From NCBI GenBank assembly GCA_963845965.1, contig CAWJUF010000027.1, forward strand, positions 13,942 to 77,941: DNA of 64,000 nucleotides, in the 5' to 3' direction. The stretch's first letter is position 1. Each line of letters starts with the position of its first letter. This DNA is from an uncultured Actinomycetes bacterium. Lineage in GTDB: Bacteria > Actinomycetota > Thermoleophilia > Gaiellales > Gaiellaceae. The notes beneath the pieces were generated by a model. That model was not told the origin of the DNA. It saw nothing but the letters and a program-made list of their open reading frames with translations, and did not search any database. The position numbers and the translations under genes are program-made. Shown here in pieces: positions 10,478-21,236 of this stretch.

Positions 10478-11139
10478 AGCTCGACGCGAGAGGCGCCGAC
10501 GATCCGCTCCTCGCCGCCGTCCAGGCGCACGAGGAGCTTCCCCTTGCCGTCGTAGTCCGGGGACTCGACGACGACGACTCCCGCGACACCGCCGAGTCGA
10601 CACGGTGTTCCGACCTCACCTTCGAGACCGCGCCAGAACCGGACGAACGGGTTTCGCTCCCACTCGCGCCCGATCGTGGTCTCGACCGTGTGACCGGGGA
10701 GCACCCGCAACGCGTGGTCGAGGGTCATCAGCCGCTCCATCACGGAGTCGCGCACGACGTCCGCCGGCCCTCCGCCGACGGCGTCGCGGAACAGCGTGTC
10801 CCCCGAGAAGCAGATCTCACCGTTGACGACGAAGGCAACACCGTCGTCCGAGTGACCGGGCGTCTCGATCGCCTCGAACCGCAGACCGCCCGTCTCGACC
10901 GGTCCCGTCGCGACCGGGATTCCGAATCGGCTCGCGAGCTCGTCCTCGTGCTCGACGTGATCCGGATGCCCGTGCGTGCGAAGGATGTGCGTGGGCATGA
11001 GGCGCTCGCGCTCGATGGTCTCGAGGAGCGGCTCGAGCGGCGCGCCGCTGTCGACGAAGACGGCGACGCCGCCCGGCTCGTCGCCGACCACGAAGGCGTT
11101 CGAGAGCCAGCGCGAGTCCATCGAGCGCTCCACGATCAT
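10474..11139 (-). CDS. MBL-fold metallo-hydrolase (glyoxalase II-like)
   Basis: THGHPDH, TPGHS, SGDTLF, LPGH. Confidence 0.88.
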   Translation of the reverse strand: MIVERSMDSRWLSNAFVVGDEPGGVAVFVDSGAPLEPLLETIERERLMPTHILRTHGHPDHVEHEDELASRFGIPVATGPVETGGLRFEAIETPGHSDDGVAFVVNGEICFSGDTLFRDAVGGGPADVVRDSVMERLMTLDHALRVLPGHTVETTIGREWERNPFVRFWRGLEGEVGTPCRLGGVAGVVVVESPDYDGKGKLLVRLDGGEERIVGASRVEL

Positions 11140-11183
11140 GCGCAGAGCCTACGTCACCCGCGGGCGTCGGAGAGACTCCACCC

Positions 11184-12560
11184 GTGGCGCGCCTCCTGGC
11201 ACCGGCCCTCCTCGCGCTCGCGCTGGCGGGACCCGCGACTGGCGCGGTCCGGGTCGTCGTGCCGTTCCCGCTCGACCGCCACGCCGGAGACGGCGCGATC
11301 GGGCTCGCCGTCCCCGGGGCGGGGCCGACCGTGACGCGCGAGAGCGCCCTCAACACGCTGCTCACCGGGAAGGTCGTGAGCTCCCTGCTCGGAGGCGCTC
11401 CGACGGGAGCGCCCCTGATCGAGCTCGACGACGGGCCGCCGCCCGACACGCTGGTCGTCCTCCCTCCCCCCGGCGAGAGCGAGAACACGCGGTACCCGGT
11501 CGCGGTCACGCCTGGGCCGCGCGGAGTCCTCACCTCGAGCTCCACGCGGATCGACGGCCTCGTCTCGCTCGCGGACGTGGCGCACGGCAGGCTCGAGGTC
11601 GTCGCCGTGAAGGACCCGGTGGCGACGTTGGAGCGCCTCGAGCATCGGATCGAGCGGAACGACCGCATCCGCCTCCCGTTGACGCTCGTGCTCGGCGCGC
11701 TCGCGTACATCGCCGCGGTGCTCGCTCCGGGCCTCGCGCCGCGGGTCGTCCTGCTCGGCCTGGCGGCGAATCTCTGGCTTGCCGGCTGGTGGGTGGTCGC
11801 GGTCGTCGCCTTTGCCGCGATCGTGCTCCCGCTCGGGCTCGCCTGCGCCTCGGTGCTCCTCGCGTACCTCCTCGTCCTCGGGCTCGACGCCGAAGCGGTC
11901 GCCCTCTCGCCGTTCGGCCCGTCCCAGGCGGGCCGCTTCTACGGGGTGTCGAACCTGCTCGAGACGATGCTCCTCGTGCCTGCGATCCTCGGGCCGGCGC
12001 TGCTCGGGCGTCTCGGCGTCGCGGTCGCGGGGATCTCCCTCGTCGCCGTCGCCGGCAGTCGCTTCGGCGCGGACGGCGGTGGGCTCCTCGTGCTGCTCGC
12101 GGCCTACGCGACGCTCCTCGTGCGCACGCGCGGCATGCGGCTCGACGCCCGGCGCGTCGGCGTGATCGCCGTCGCCGGCATCGCGGCGGCGACCGTGCTC
12201 GTCGGCCTCGACGCCGCGGTGGGCGGCTCGAGCCACGTCACGCAGGCGGTCGGGGACGGCCCCGGCGCGGTGCTCGGCGACATCGCCGATCGGCTCGAGC
12301 TCTCCGCCCGCCGGACGTTCGAGGCAATCGGTCCGGCGTTCGCCGTCGGAGCCTCGCTGGTCGTCCTGATCTTCGTGGCCACACGCAGCCCGAGGCGCCC
12401 CTTGACGGACGCGGTGCTTGTCGCGCTCCTCGTCTCGCTCGTGGTCAACGACACCCCCGGTGACGTCGTCGGCTTCGGGGCCGTGGCCGCGTTCGTGATC
12501 CGGCGCTTCGAGGACGGATCGGCGCGCGGAGCGCGGACGCACCTGGTTAGACTGCGCGCG
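11184..12560 (+). CDS. multi-pass membrane protein (reads in frame into downstream cytochrome c)
   Basis: Signal peptide plus many TM segments, GRFYGVSN and FGADGGG motifs; end approximate. Confidence 0.7.
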
Positions 12561-12971
12561 ATGCGCCGCCCACTCGCAGCTCTTGCGCTCCTGCTGGCGG
12601 TGGTCGCGCTCGTCGCAGCGGGGTGCGGCGGCGAGGAGGTCACCGCGACACCCGAGACGGTCGTCGGCACGGTTCCCGAGGAGACGACGACGGGGGCGAG
12701 CGAGGACCTGCCCGCGCTCGCGCTGAAGGGCGACGCCGCGGCCGGCAAGAAGGTCTTCGAGAGCGCCGGCTGCGTCGCGTGCCACACCCTGTCGGAGGCC
12801 AACGCGACCGGCACGGTCGGCCCCAACCTCGACGAGGCCAAGCCCTCCTACGAGCTCGTCGTCGAACGCGTGACGCTCGGCCAGGGCGGGATGCCGTCCT
12901 TCAAGGATCAGCTGCAGCCGCAGCAGATCGCGGACGTCGCAGAGTTCGTTTCCACGGCGACGGGCGGCTGA
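12561..12971 (+). CDS. c-type cytochrome lipoprotein
   Basis: Lipobox VAAGC, CVACH heme motif, GPNLD, GGMP; TAGACT -10 box 7 nt before ATG. Confidence 0.85.
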   Translation: MRRPLAALALLLAVVALVAAGCGGEEVTATPETVVGTVPEETTTGASEDLPALALKGDAAAGKKVFESAGCVACHTLSEANATGTVGPNLDEAKPSYELVVERVTLGQGGMPSFKDQLQPQQIADVAEFVSTATGG

Positions 12972-13796
12972 GCCACCTTCCGGACTTCGCCCCGGAGGTG
13001 CAGGCGTTCGCCTGCGACCTCGACGGGACGCTGATCGCGTCCGACGGCCTCGTCCGCGACCGCACCCGCGCGGCGATCGCGCGCGCCCAGTCCGTCGGCG
13101 TGCCGGTGCTCGTCGCCACGGGCCGCATGTTTCGCTCCGTGCAGCGGTACCTCGACGACGTCGGCCTCCCGGAACCCGTGGTCTGCTACCAGGGTGCCGC
13201 CGTCGTCGATCCGACGTCGAGCGTGTTCCTCCTCCACCGGCCGCTCGCCCTCGACGTCGCGCGCGACGCGATCGCCGAGCTCGCCACGCTCGGCATCTCG
13301 CCGAACGTGTACGTCGACGACCGGCTCTACGTCGCGGCGGAGAACGACTACACGCGCCGGTACTCCGTCTTCCAGCGCCTGCCGGTGGTCGCGGTGGGCG
13401 ACCTGCTCGCCTGGCTGGAACGGCCGCCGACGAAGCTCGTCGCCGTCGCGGAACCGCCGGTGCTGGCGGAGATCCGCCCTCAGCTCGAGCGCCGGCTCGG
13501 CGCGACGGGCGTTCCTCACGACCTCGTTGCCGTACATGCTCGAGATCGGCAACCCCGAGGTGACCAAGGGCTCGGGCCTCGCGTTCGTCGCGGAGCGGCT
13601 CGGGATCGAGCTCGACCGGGTGATCGCGTTCGGCGACGGAGAGAACGACGTCGAGCTCCTCGAGGCGGCCGGCTTCGGCGTCGCCGTCGAGGGCGGACAC
13701 GCACGGCTGCGCGCGATCGCCGACGCGACGTGCGCGGGGCCGGCGGACGAGGGCGTCGCGTCCGTGATCGAGGCCGTTCTAGACTCGATGCCGTGA
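12968..13796 (+). CDS. Cof-type HAD-IIB hydrolase (frameshifted)
   Basis: DLDGTL, ATGR, TKGSGL, FGDGENDVELL; start approximate. Confidence 0.85.
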
Positions 13797-14995
13797 TCGA
13801 CCTGAAGGCTGCGCGAGCGAATCCCGGGCCTGTGAGGGCGGCGCTCGCACGCAAAGGGGCAGCCGACGCCTTCGATCGCCTGCTCGAGGCGGACGAACGC
13901 TGGCGCGGGCTCGTCCCGCACGTCGACGAGCTGCGCGCGCGGACGAAGCTCAAAGGGAAGCCGACGCCCGAGCAGCTCGAGGAGCTCCAGGCGGTGAAGG
14001 CCGAGCTCAAGCAAGCAGAGGACGAGCTTGCCGCCGCCGAGGCCGAGCGGGACGCGCTCGCGCTCCGCGTGCCGAACCCGCCGCACGAGGACGTGCCGGA
14101 CGGATCGACGGACGAAGAGGCCCGCGAGGTGCGGCGCGTCGGGGAGCCGCCCGTCGCTCGACCGAGCCGCGCGACCACCTCGAGCTCGGGTCGCTTCGAG
14201 ATGGAGCGCGCGGCGCGGATGTCGGGCGCGCGCTTCGGATACTGGGTGGGGGACACCGCCCGCCTGGCGCTGGCGCTCTACCGGCTGGCGCTCGACCGGC
14301 TCGCGGCCAGGGGATTCGTCACGGTGCTGCCCCCCGTGCTCGTGCGGGAAGGCGCGCTCGTTGGCACGGGCGCGTTCCCCTCCGACGAGGCAAACGTCTA
14401 CGAGCTCCCGGGGGACGACCTGTACCTCGCCGGGACGGCCGAGATCCCGGTCGCGAGCTTCCACGCGGGGGAGATCGTCGCGGCGGACGAGCTTCCCCTC
14501 CGCTACGTGGCTTTCTCGCCGTGCTTCCGCCGCGAGGCGGGCGCGGCCGGCAGGGATACGCGCGGGATGATCCGCGTCCATCAGTTCAACAAGGTCGAGC
14601 AGTTCTCGCTCACCCGCCCAGAGAGCTCCTGGGACGAGCTCGAGCTCCTCCTCGCGAACACCGAGGAGCTCGTGCGCGACCTCGGGCTGCCCTACCGGGT
14701 GGTGGTGCTGCCCGCGGGCGACATGTCGAGCGCGTCCGCGAAGACGTACGACGTGGAGGTCTGGTTCCCGAGCCAGGGGCGCTACCGCGAGACCGCGTCG
14801 ATCTCCAACACGACGGACTTCCAGGCGCGGCGCCTCCAGATCCGCTTCCGGGGGGAGCACGGTCCGGAGCCGGTCCACACGCTGAACGGGACGGCGGTCG
14901 TCGATCGGATGGCCCTCGCCGTCCTCGAGAACTTCCAGGGGGACGTCCCCGACGTGCTCCGTGCGCTCGGCGCGCCTGAACGAGTGTCTAGCTGA
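13793..14995 (+). CDS. serS: serine--tRNA ligase
   Basis: LAGTAE, FRREAGAAGRDTRGMIRVHQFNKVE, KTYDVEVW, HTLNGT. Confidence 0.95.
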   Translation: MIDLKAARANPGPVRAALARKGAADAFDRLLEADERWRGLVPHVDELRARTKLKGKPTPEQLEELQAVKAELKQAEDELAAAEAERDALALRVPNPPHEDVPDGSTDEEAREVRRVGEPPVARPSRATTSSSGRFEMERAARMSGARFGYWVGDTARLALALYRLALDRLAARGFVTVLPPVLVREGALVGTGAFPSDEANVYELPGDDLYLAGTAEIPVASFHAGEIVAADELPLRYVAFSPCFRREAGAAGRDTRGMIRVHQFNKVEQFSLTRPESSWDELELLLANTEELVRDLGLPYRVVVLPAGDMSSASAKTYDVEVWFPSQGRYRETASISNTTDFQARRLQIRFRGEHGPEPVHTLNGTAVVDRMALAVLENFQGDVPDVLRALGAPERVSS

Positions 14996-15042
14996 ACTCC
15001 ATACCAAGCGCCAGATCGCCGCGCGGCCGGACCGGCGATACC

Positions 15043-15363
15043 GTGGATATGCGGCCTGCGGCAACGGTCCGCGTCAAATGGACGCGCACTGAGCTTCTCG
15101 CGATCCGGGAGGCAATCGAGGTGACCCCGAACTTCGAGGGACGCCAGGAGCTGCGCGACTTCTTCCGAACGGCCGTGCGCGCGCACCGGCTCGGCTTCCT
15201 CGAGCTCGACCGCGAGATCGCCGAGCGGCTCTCCAACCGCCTCGTCCCGGTCGATCTCGCGACGGCGACGGCCCGCGGAAAGCTGTTGCACGCTGTCCGC
15301 GGGCCGCGCAAGCGCGGGATCGCCGACGTGCGGCGGCCGCACCCGACCGCCGCCGCGGCCTAA
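15043..15363 (+). CDS. uncharacterised small protein, paralog 2
   Basis: WTRTELLAIREAIEVTPNFEGR...LDREIAERL...VDLAT...KLL. Confidence 0.8.
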   Translation: MDMRPAATVRVKWTRTELLAIREAIEVTPNFEGRQELRDFFRTAVRAHRLGFLELDREIAERLSNRLVPVDLATATARGKLLHAVRGPRKRGIADVRRPHPTAAAA

Positions 15364-15500
15364 AGCGGCCGCGCAATCTCTGCGTCGCACCACCGCACGA
15401 GCGGTCGACGTCGCCCGCGCGATGACCCGCGCTCTCGCAGGGGGGATCCGATCCCTCGAACAAGGGTTGCCCTGTCCCCCTGCCGGGGTACACTGCGGCC

Positions 15501-15812
15501 ATGCGCTACGAGGGCAATGTGTGGGTCGGGTTGTCGCGGACGGAGCTAACCGCGGTGCGCGAAGCGGTCGAGTTGACGCCGAACTTCGAGGGCCGCCTCG
15601 ACGTCCGCGACACCTTGCGCGGGGCGATGCGGGCGCGTAGCCGCGGCATCACGCTCGAGCGCGAGGTCGCCGAGCGGTTCGTGCGCCGACTCGTCGCCGT
15701 CGATCTTCCCACGGCGCTCGTCCGGACGAAGCTGCTGCGGGCGCTCCAGGACGCCGACCGCGAAACGCCGGCACCCGCGGTCACCGTCGAGCACGCCGCC
15801 CGCGCCGCTTAG
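15501..15812 (+). CDS. uncharacterised small protein, paralog 3
   Basis: LSRTELTAVREAVELTPNFEGR...LEREVAERF...VDLPT...KLL; TACACT -10 box 6 nt before ATG. Confidence 0.8.
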   Translation: MRYEGNVWVGLSRTELTAVREAVELTPNFEGRLDVRDTLRGAMRARSRGITLEREVAERFVRRLVAVDLPTALVRTKLLRALQDADRETPAPAVTVEHAARAA

Positions 15813-15840
15813 CACGGCCGTCGTACACTGACGCGCTCGC

Positions 15841-15925
15841 GGCGGGGTTCCGGAGCGGTCGAACGGGGCGGTCTTGAAAACCGTTGAGCCGAGAGGCTCC
15901 GTGGGTTCGAATCCCACCCCCGCCG
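15841..15925 (+). tRNA. tRNA-Ser(TGA)
   Basis: GGCGGGG/CCCCGCC acceptor, gcggt-CTTGAAA-accgt anticodon arm, long variable arm, GTTCGAATC. Confidence 0.95.
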
Positions 15926-15936
15926 CTCTAGTGGGT

Positions 15937-16062
15937 AAGCCGGATCCCGCATGACGAGCGGGATCTCGGCCCGCTGTTCTACCCTCGGCTCGCAGCGTCA
16001 TTGACCGCCTGAGATGGCTCAAGACGGCTGTATCTGGGTGCTCACTGGCGGACAACTGGCGC
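15937..16062 (+). repeat. att-arm repeat copy A (hairpin plus 62-bp block with TGGCGC direct repeats)
   Basis: Hairpin and 62-bp block near-identical to 39013-39138; spacer between them diverged. Confidence 0.9.
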
Positions 16063-16170
16063 GCGCTACGAACGGCCCTCGACCAGGCTCCACACCCCGA
16101 ACCGCGACGCCAGGGAGGGGTCGGGTGAGAGCACCTCGCCCAGGCCACCGCGCATATCCTCCGAGCACGA

Positions 16171-16860
16171 TTAGCTTGCTTCCGGGCTGGAGGTAAACAG
16201 TTTCCAGTGCCCCTCGGAGACGACCTCGACAGCGCCGTCAACCACCTTGATGGCGGTTTGATCGTCAATCGCGTACGCAGGAACTGACAACCCCGCGGCC
16301 CATGCTTCTATCTCGGCCAGAGGGGTAGCCGGAATGTCACCCTCACGATAGAGGTGTGGAAACACAGAGAAACCCACAAGCCCCAGCGCTTTGTCGCTGC
16401 CTGTGAGTGGATCGCTGTCGTCGTAGGTCTCTCCTCCGAAGTCGGGAGTCGCGACCATCGCACCGCCACTCGTGCCGACGTAGACCATGTCGGGCCGCAG
16501 CGACGGCAAGAGGTCGGCCAGCCCGGACTGCCGCATCCAGTAACAGAGATACAGAGGACTGCCACCCCAAACCAGCAGAGCGTCGACTTCCTGAACCGCG
16601 GGAACCCAGTACTCCTCTTTGATGCTGGGCAGCGCGGTCAGCTCCAGCACCCCCAACGACTTCCAACCCAAGCCGCACATGGGGCCGCCGACCGATCCGT
16701 TGATGAACCCGTAGACGTGTGACGGCCCGCCGGGGAAAGGTTGCACCCCAGTGGGAATGCAGAGCGCACTGGACTCGGCAATCGGCTTGCCCAGCAACTC
16801 GACCAGCGCAGCGTGGATGCTCGCATTCCGAATGCCGCTGGATGTGAGAAGAATCTTCAT
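16171..16860 (-). CDS. peptidase E (S51)/type 1 glutamine amidotransferase-like
   Basis: MKILLTSSG, IPT, WGG, YVGTSGGAM, FPHL, YAIDDQTA. Confidence 0.85.
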   Translation of the reverse strand: MKILLTSSGIRNASIHAALVELLGKPIAESSALCIPTGVQPFPGGPSHVYGFINGSVGGPMCGLGWKSLGVLELTALPSIKEEYWVPAVQEVDALLVWGGSPLYLCYWMRQSGLADLLPSLRPDMVYVGTSGGAMVATPDFGGETYDDSDPLTGSDKALGLVGFSVFPHLYREGDIPATPLAEIEAWAAGLSVPAYAIDDQTAIKVVDGAVEVVSEGHWKLFTSSPEAS

Positions 16861-17074
16861 CGCGCCTCCTGAAGTCATTGCCGCAGGCGAGACCTCTTTA
16901 GACCGTCTGCGGTAGAGACTGGCCGACCACCGATAATTCATCGACTCCGGAAAGACCCAGCGTCACTTCCTCAGGGACCTGCCGAACGCTGGGGCAGCCC
17001 ACAGCTCTACCGGGTTGGGAAGGATCCGCGCGACCAGGCCGCAGGGTAACCGTGCTGAGGGAAGGGGTGGGTGC

Positions 17075-17441
17075 CTAAGGAGACAACGACGCGGACGAGC
17101 CGCTGCCGTTACCCAGCTCGTCAGCGTGTTCGCCCGCGAGGTAGAGCAACTGCCCCCAACTGAGCTTCTCGACCTCCTCGACCGTCGTCGGCATGACGAA
17201 CAGCTCCTCCGGCTTCTCGGGTGCCTTCCGTATGCGCATTCGACAACACGTCACGCCGAGCGCCAACTATCAGCGCGATCTGAATCGAGATGTGCACGCA
17301 ACACGACCAGGGCTCGCGGCAAGAGATCATCGAGGGCTTTGCGGCGGGCCTCCTCGGCGGTCGGCTTGCCGGGTCTGCCCCCGAGACGGCCTGAACGAAT
17401 CCGAGCCTGTTGCAACTCGGCCGTTTCGGGAAACGTGGCAT
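17075..17441 (-). pseudogene. disrupted homolog of the 40249-40611 protein
   Basis: ELQQARIRSGRLGGRPGKPTAEEARRKALDDLLPRALVVLRAHLD..SWRSA*; in-frame TGA plus frameshifts. Confidence 0.8.
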
Positions 17442-17488
17442 CAGCTCGGCCCCCGCCAGGGACGTAACGCCGAAGACGATCGTCCGGT

Positions 17489-18420
17489 CTAGCCCTCCGT
17501 CGCAGTCTTCTGGATCCATTCGACGAGGGTCGCGGGTGCTTCGGGTGCAGTCGGGACGGTGTCTACCAGTCCGTGACCGGCATCGGGGAATACGACAATC
17601 GTGAAGTCCTTCCCCGCCTCCTTCATCCGCCTCAGGATCTCCACGCTTCGATCGGTGGGGATCGACTTGTCCGCACCACCGTAGAGCCACAGTCCCGGCG
17701 TTGACATCTGCTCGATCAAGGGGGCTGGATCGAAGCCGGACGTGCCTGCTTCCTGCAACTTCTGCGTCGCCTCGGCCTTCTTCTCGTCTGTAAGCGGCCC
17801 TTCCTCGTCTTCACCCGCTGCGTCGCTCCAAACCTCCTCTTCACCGGTCGTGACCGACGGCCCATCGACGAGTGCCGTGAAAGCGACAGGCTTGCTCAGT
17901 CGTGAATCGGCCAGCGGCACGACCCAACCGGCCTCGCTCGCCCCGTAGAGCCCAACCGTGTCGGCGTCGATCTCAGGATGCGATCGAACTGCGAGTACCG
18001 CGCCGTCGGCATCGGCGGCGACCACGTTGTACTGCCCAGGTTTCGTACAGCAGTCGCCCTCGGACTCACCCACGCCACGCTTGTCGTAGGAGAAGACCGC
18101 GATTCCGTCGTCAACGAGCGGAGCGACGATGTCGGCCTCGTACGGCAACCTCGGCTGCTCTCCGCTGCCATGCACCCAGACGACAGCCGGATGGCGTCCC
18201 GGTCCATTCGGCAAGTAGAGCGTCCCCGCGAGAGCGGTGTCCTCGCAGGTGAAGTGGACGGCGACCTCTCGATGAGTGCCAACGTCAATCGCATCACCGA
18301 ACCTTGCGTTCGGACTCGTGCAACGAGCACTCTCTGGATCAGCATCGCCACCAGCCCCGCCGCAACCGCTAACGAGTGCGACCGGCACAAGCGCAAGAAC
18401 CAGCAGTCTCCGAAGCAACG
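17489..18420 (-). CDS. lipoprotein alpha/beta hydrolase (S9/S15-like)
   Basis: Lipobox VSGC, VHGSG, YDKRGVGES, GASEAG, GGADKSIP, AGHGL; start approximate. Confidence 0.8.
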
Positions 18421-18681
18421 GCTTGACGTTACTCCTGCTCGGGAGAGACCTCCACCTCAGGCTTCGCTCCCTCCCGCCCGGCCCCTGCAACTGGCCCCAG
18501 GCGAGCCCGGGACCGGGTGCCGACTCTCTTTGCGTGTATCCCGAGCTGACAACCAGCGGTACGCTGAGCGCGGCCGACGCTTGAGCACCCTCTTCTCCAG
18601 ATGCACCGCGGCCGAACCGAGGTCGCCTCGCCTGTGGAGATCCCGACCGGGCCGTGCCGCCGTCCGGGCTATCCTCCGCCC

Positions 18682-19320
18682 GTGCGCGAGGTGCTGCCCG
18701 AGGTCTTCCACTGGACGACGCCGCACCCGCGGATCCACATCGACGTCTCGTCGTACTGGCTCGACGACGAGGGCGTGGTGATCGATCCGCTCGTGCCGGC
18801 GGAGGACGGCCTCGACTGGTTCGCCGGGCGCCCCACCCGCCCGACGACAATCCTGCTCTCGAACCGTCATCACTACCGCGACAGCGCGCGCTTCGCCGAG
18901 GCGTTCGGTTGCACCGTGCGCTGCAACCGCGCCGGGCTGCACGAGTTCACCGACGGCGAGCCCGTCGAGGGGTTCGAGCCAGGCGACCGGCTGCCCGGCG
19001 GGGTGGTGGCCCGTGAGGTCGGCGGTCTGTGTCCCGACGAGACGGCGCTCCACCTGCCGGAGAAGCAAGCGGTCCTCCTCGCCGACGGCCTCGTCCGCGT
19101 CGGCTCGGACGGACTGCTCGGCTTCGTTCCCGACGTGCTGATGGATGATCCGCCGGCCACGAAGCGCGCACTGCTCGCGGCATACGCCCGCCTGCTCGAC
19201 GAGCTCCACTTCGAGCACGTCCTGCTCGCCCACGGCGATCCCCTGATCGGCGACGGCCGGGCCCGATTGCAGGAGGTCGTCGACATCGGCGGGCGAACGG
19301 CGTTCGAGATGGGCGGCTGA
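18682..19320 (+). CDS. MBL-fold-like hydrolase
   Basis: VIDP, LSNRHHYRD, LADGL, LAHG; leaderless TATCCT-N6-GTG. Confidence 0.75.
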   Translation: MREVLPEVFHWTTPHPRIHIDVSSYWLDDEGVVIDPLVPAEDGLDWFAGRPTRPTTILLSNRHHYRDSARFAEAFGCTVRCNRAGLHEFTDGEPVEGFEPGDRLPGGVVAREVGGLCPDETALHLPEKQAVLLADGLVRVGSDGLLGFVPDVLMDDPPATKRALLAAYARLLDELHFEHVLLAHGDPLIGDGRARLQEVVDIGGRTAFEMGG

Positions 19321-19345
19321 GCCTCGCTCGAAACGCCGGCTCGAG

Positions 19346-20452
19346 CTACGGGCAGGAGAACAGCGGCTCGCCGAGGAGATCGACGTCGACCTCCACCCCG
19401 AGCCCGGGCCGGTCGGGAGCAGATCCGAAACCGGCGCGCGAGCGCGGCTCGTGGCCGGCGACGTGCTCGTTCGTCCAGTCGTTCATGAACGAGACGGTGA
19501 AGAGCGTGTCGGGCGGCGTGCTCGCCGCGAGGTGGGACACCGCAGCCGTGACGAGGTCGCCGCCCCAGGTGTCCTCGATCGTGACGCGGAGACCGAGCGC
19601 GACGGCCAGGTCGCGCATCAGCTTCGCGTGGGTCAGCCCGCCGACCTTCGAGATCTTGAGGTTGAAGGCCTCGAGCGCCTTCGCCTCGTATGCACGCAAG
19701 AGCGAGTGGACGTCGTGGATGCATTCGTCGAGGACCATCGGCAGCGTCGTCCGCTGCCGCACGATGAGGCACTCCTCGAGCGTCGGGCACGGTTGCTCGA
19801 GGAACACGCGCTCGAGACCGTCCAGCGCACGCGCCGCGACCACCGCGTCCTGCAACCGCCAGCCCCCGTTGGCGTCGGCGACGACCACGTCCCCAGGCCC
19901 CGTCGACTCCACCACGTGGCGCGTCCGCTCGGCGTCCTCGTAGGGATCGGCCCCGATCTTGAGCTGGAAGCGGTGGATCCCTTCGCTGCGGCGTGCCTGC
20001 ACGTACGCCGCCATCTCGTCCGGCGACGCGAGCGGCACGGCGAAGTACAGGGGGAACTCATCCGTGACGCGACCCCCGAGCAGGTCGCAGACCGCGAGGC
20101 CGGCGGAGCGCCCGAACGCGTCCCAGCATGCGGTGTCGATCGCGCTCTTCGCATAGCCGTGACCCATCAGTGCCCTGTCCATCGCGGCGTTGACCGCGCC
20201 GAGGTTCGAGACCGACAGCCCGACGACGGCGGGAGCGAGCTCGACCAGCGCCGCGCGGGCGCCGCCGCCGTGCGCAGGAAGGTACGCCGGCCCGAGCGGG
20301 CAGACCTCGCCGAACGCCGTCACGCCGCTCTCCGTCGTGAGCCGCACGACGGTGCTCGGAAGCGCCTCGATCACCCGCCCGCCCGACATGACGTAGCGGC
20401 CGTGGACGTACGTCAGGTCGTATCCGTAGACGTCGACGCGCGCGATTCTCAA
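19346..20452 (-). CDS. mandelate racemase/muconate lactonizing enzyme family (hydroxyproline epimerase/dehydratase-like)
   Basis: QLKIG, DANGGW, EQP, LDE, NLKISKVGG, EDTWGGD. Confidence 0.85.
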   Translation of the reverse strand: MRIARVDVYGYDLTYVHGRYVMSGGRVIEALPSTVVRLTTESGVTAFGEVCPLGPAYLPAHGGGARAALVELAPAVVGLSVSNLGAVNAAMDRALMGHGYAKSAIDTACWDAFGRSAGLAVCDLLGGRVTDEFPLYFAVPLASPDEMAAYVQARRSEGIHRFQLKIGADPYEDAERTRHVVESTGPGDVVVADANGGWRLQDAVVAARALDGLERVFLEQPCPTLEECLIVRQRTTLPMVLDECIHDVHSLLRAYEAKALEAFNLKISKVGGLTHAKLMRDLAVALGLRVTIEDTWGGDLVTAAVSHLAASTPPDTLFTVSFMNDWTNEHVAGHEPRSRAGFGSAPDRPGLGVEVDVDLLGEPLFSCP

Positions 20453-20555
20453 CGACCGGTCTCCGGATCGAACCTCGGGCTCGGCATCGCGCGAGCGTAT
20501 CCGAGTCGCTTCGGAACACGGGCGAGCCGACGAGGTCGATCCGTAGGCTCTCCTC

Positions 20556-21236
20556 GTGAAACTCTGCATGTTCCACCCCGTCGCGACGCCGATGGAGCGC
20601 GGCTGGGTCGGTCGGGTCGAGGGAGACGAGGTCGTGCATCTTGCGGCGCAGACCCTGCAGCACCTCTTCACCGGCGGCGGCAACGCACGCGACCACGCGC
20701 GCTATCCGCTCGCGGAGGTGGTGCTTCTGTCGCCGCTTCCCACGCCGCCCTCGGTCAGGGCTTTCGACGAGAGCGGGTCGTTCGAGTTCGCCAACCCGGC
20801 GGCGCTCGTCGGGCCGGGCTCGGTGATCGCCCCTCCCGTCGGGTCCGCGCTCGCGCTCGACGCCGGACTCGCCGGGCTTGTCGGGCTCGACGCCGTCGTG
20901 GCGGTCTCCCCCGTCGCGCGGCTGCGCGCGCCGGCGCTGCCGCCGCCGAAGGACCGCGACTTCGGGATGGTGCTCGGGCCGTGGTTCACGACGCTCGACG
21001 AGGCGCCGCAGGCGCCCTCATTACGGCTCACGGTCGGCGACACGACCCAGGCTGCGAGCGCCGCCTCGTTCGACTGGGAAGAAGCCAGGCGCTTCGCGGC
21101 GGAGAACACGCGGCTGCGCGTCGGCGACCTGCTGGTCGCGCCCGCGACGATGGTCGCGGACATCGCCCCGCCCGGTGCCGTGGCGGTGGACGTCCAGGGG
21201 CTCGGGCGGCTGGACCTCGGTACGGAGGCCGCGTGA
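20556..21236 (+). CDS. fumarylacetoacetate hydrolase-family protein (divergent)
   Basis: PPSVRAF, FANP, KDRDF, LGPW, LRVGDL. Confidence 0.65.
   Translation: MKLCMFHPVATPMERGWVGRVEGDEVVHLAAQTLQHLFTGGGNARDHARYPLAEVVLLSPLPTPPSVRAFDESGSFEFANPAALVGPGSVIAPPVGSALALDAGLAGLVGLDAVVAVSPVARLRAPALPPPKDRDFGMVLGPWFTTLDEAPQAPSLRLTVGDTTQAASAASFDWEEARRFAAENTRLRVGDLLVAPATMVADIAPPGAVAVDVQGLGRLDLGTEAA

Larger units (their letters stand above)
15926..18600. mobile_element. degenerate island integrated at tRNA-Ser(TGA)
   Basis: att-arm sequence shared with 39013-39138, less GC-biased codons, pseudogene homologous to 40249-40611; right end not defined. Confidence 0.65.

Noticed and set aside
15841-15925. tRNA-Sec or opal suppressor
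   Set aside because: Anticodon is TGA (reads UCA, Ser), not TCA; normal 7-bp acceptor stem.
18430-18680. attR for the tRNA-Ser(TGA) island
   Set aside because: No duplicate of the tRNA 3' half found by eye; the boundary stays undefined.
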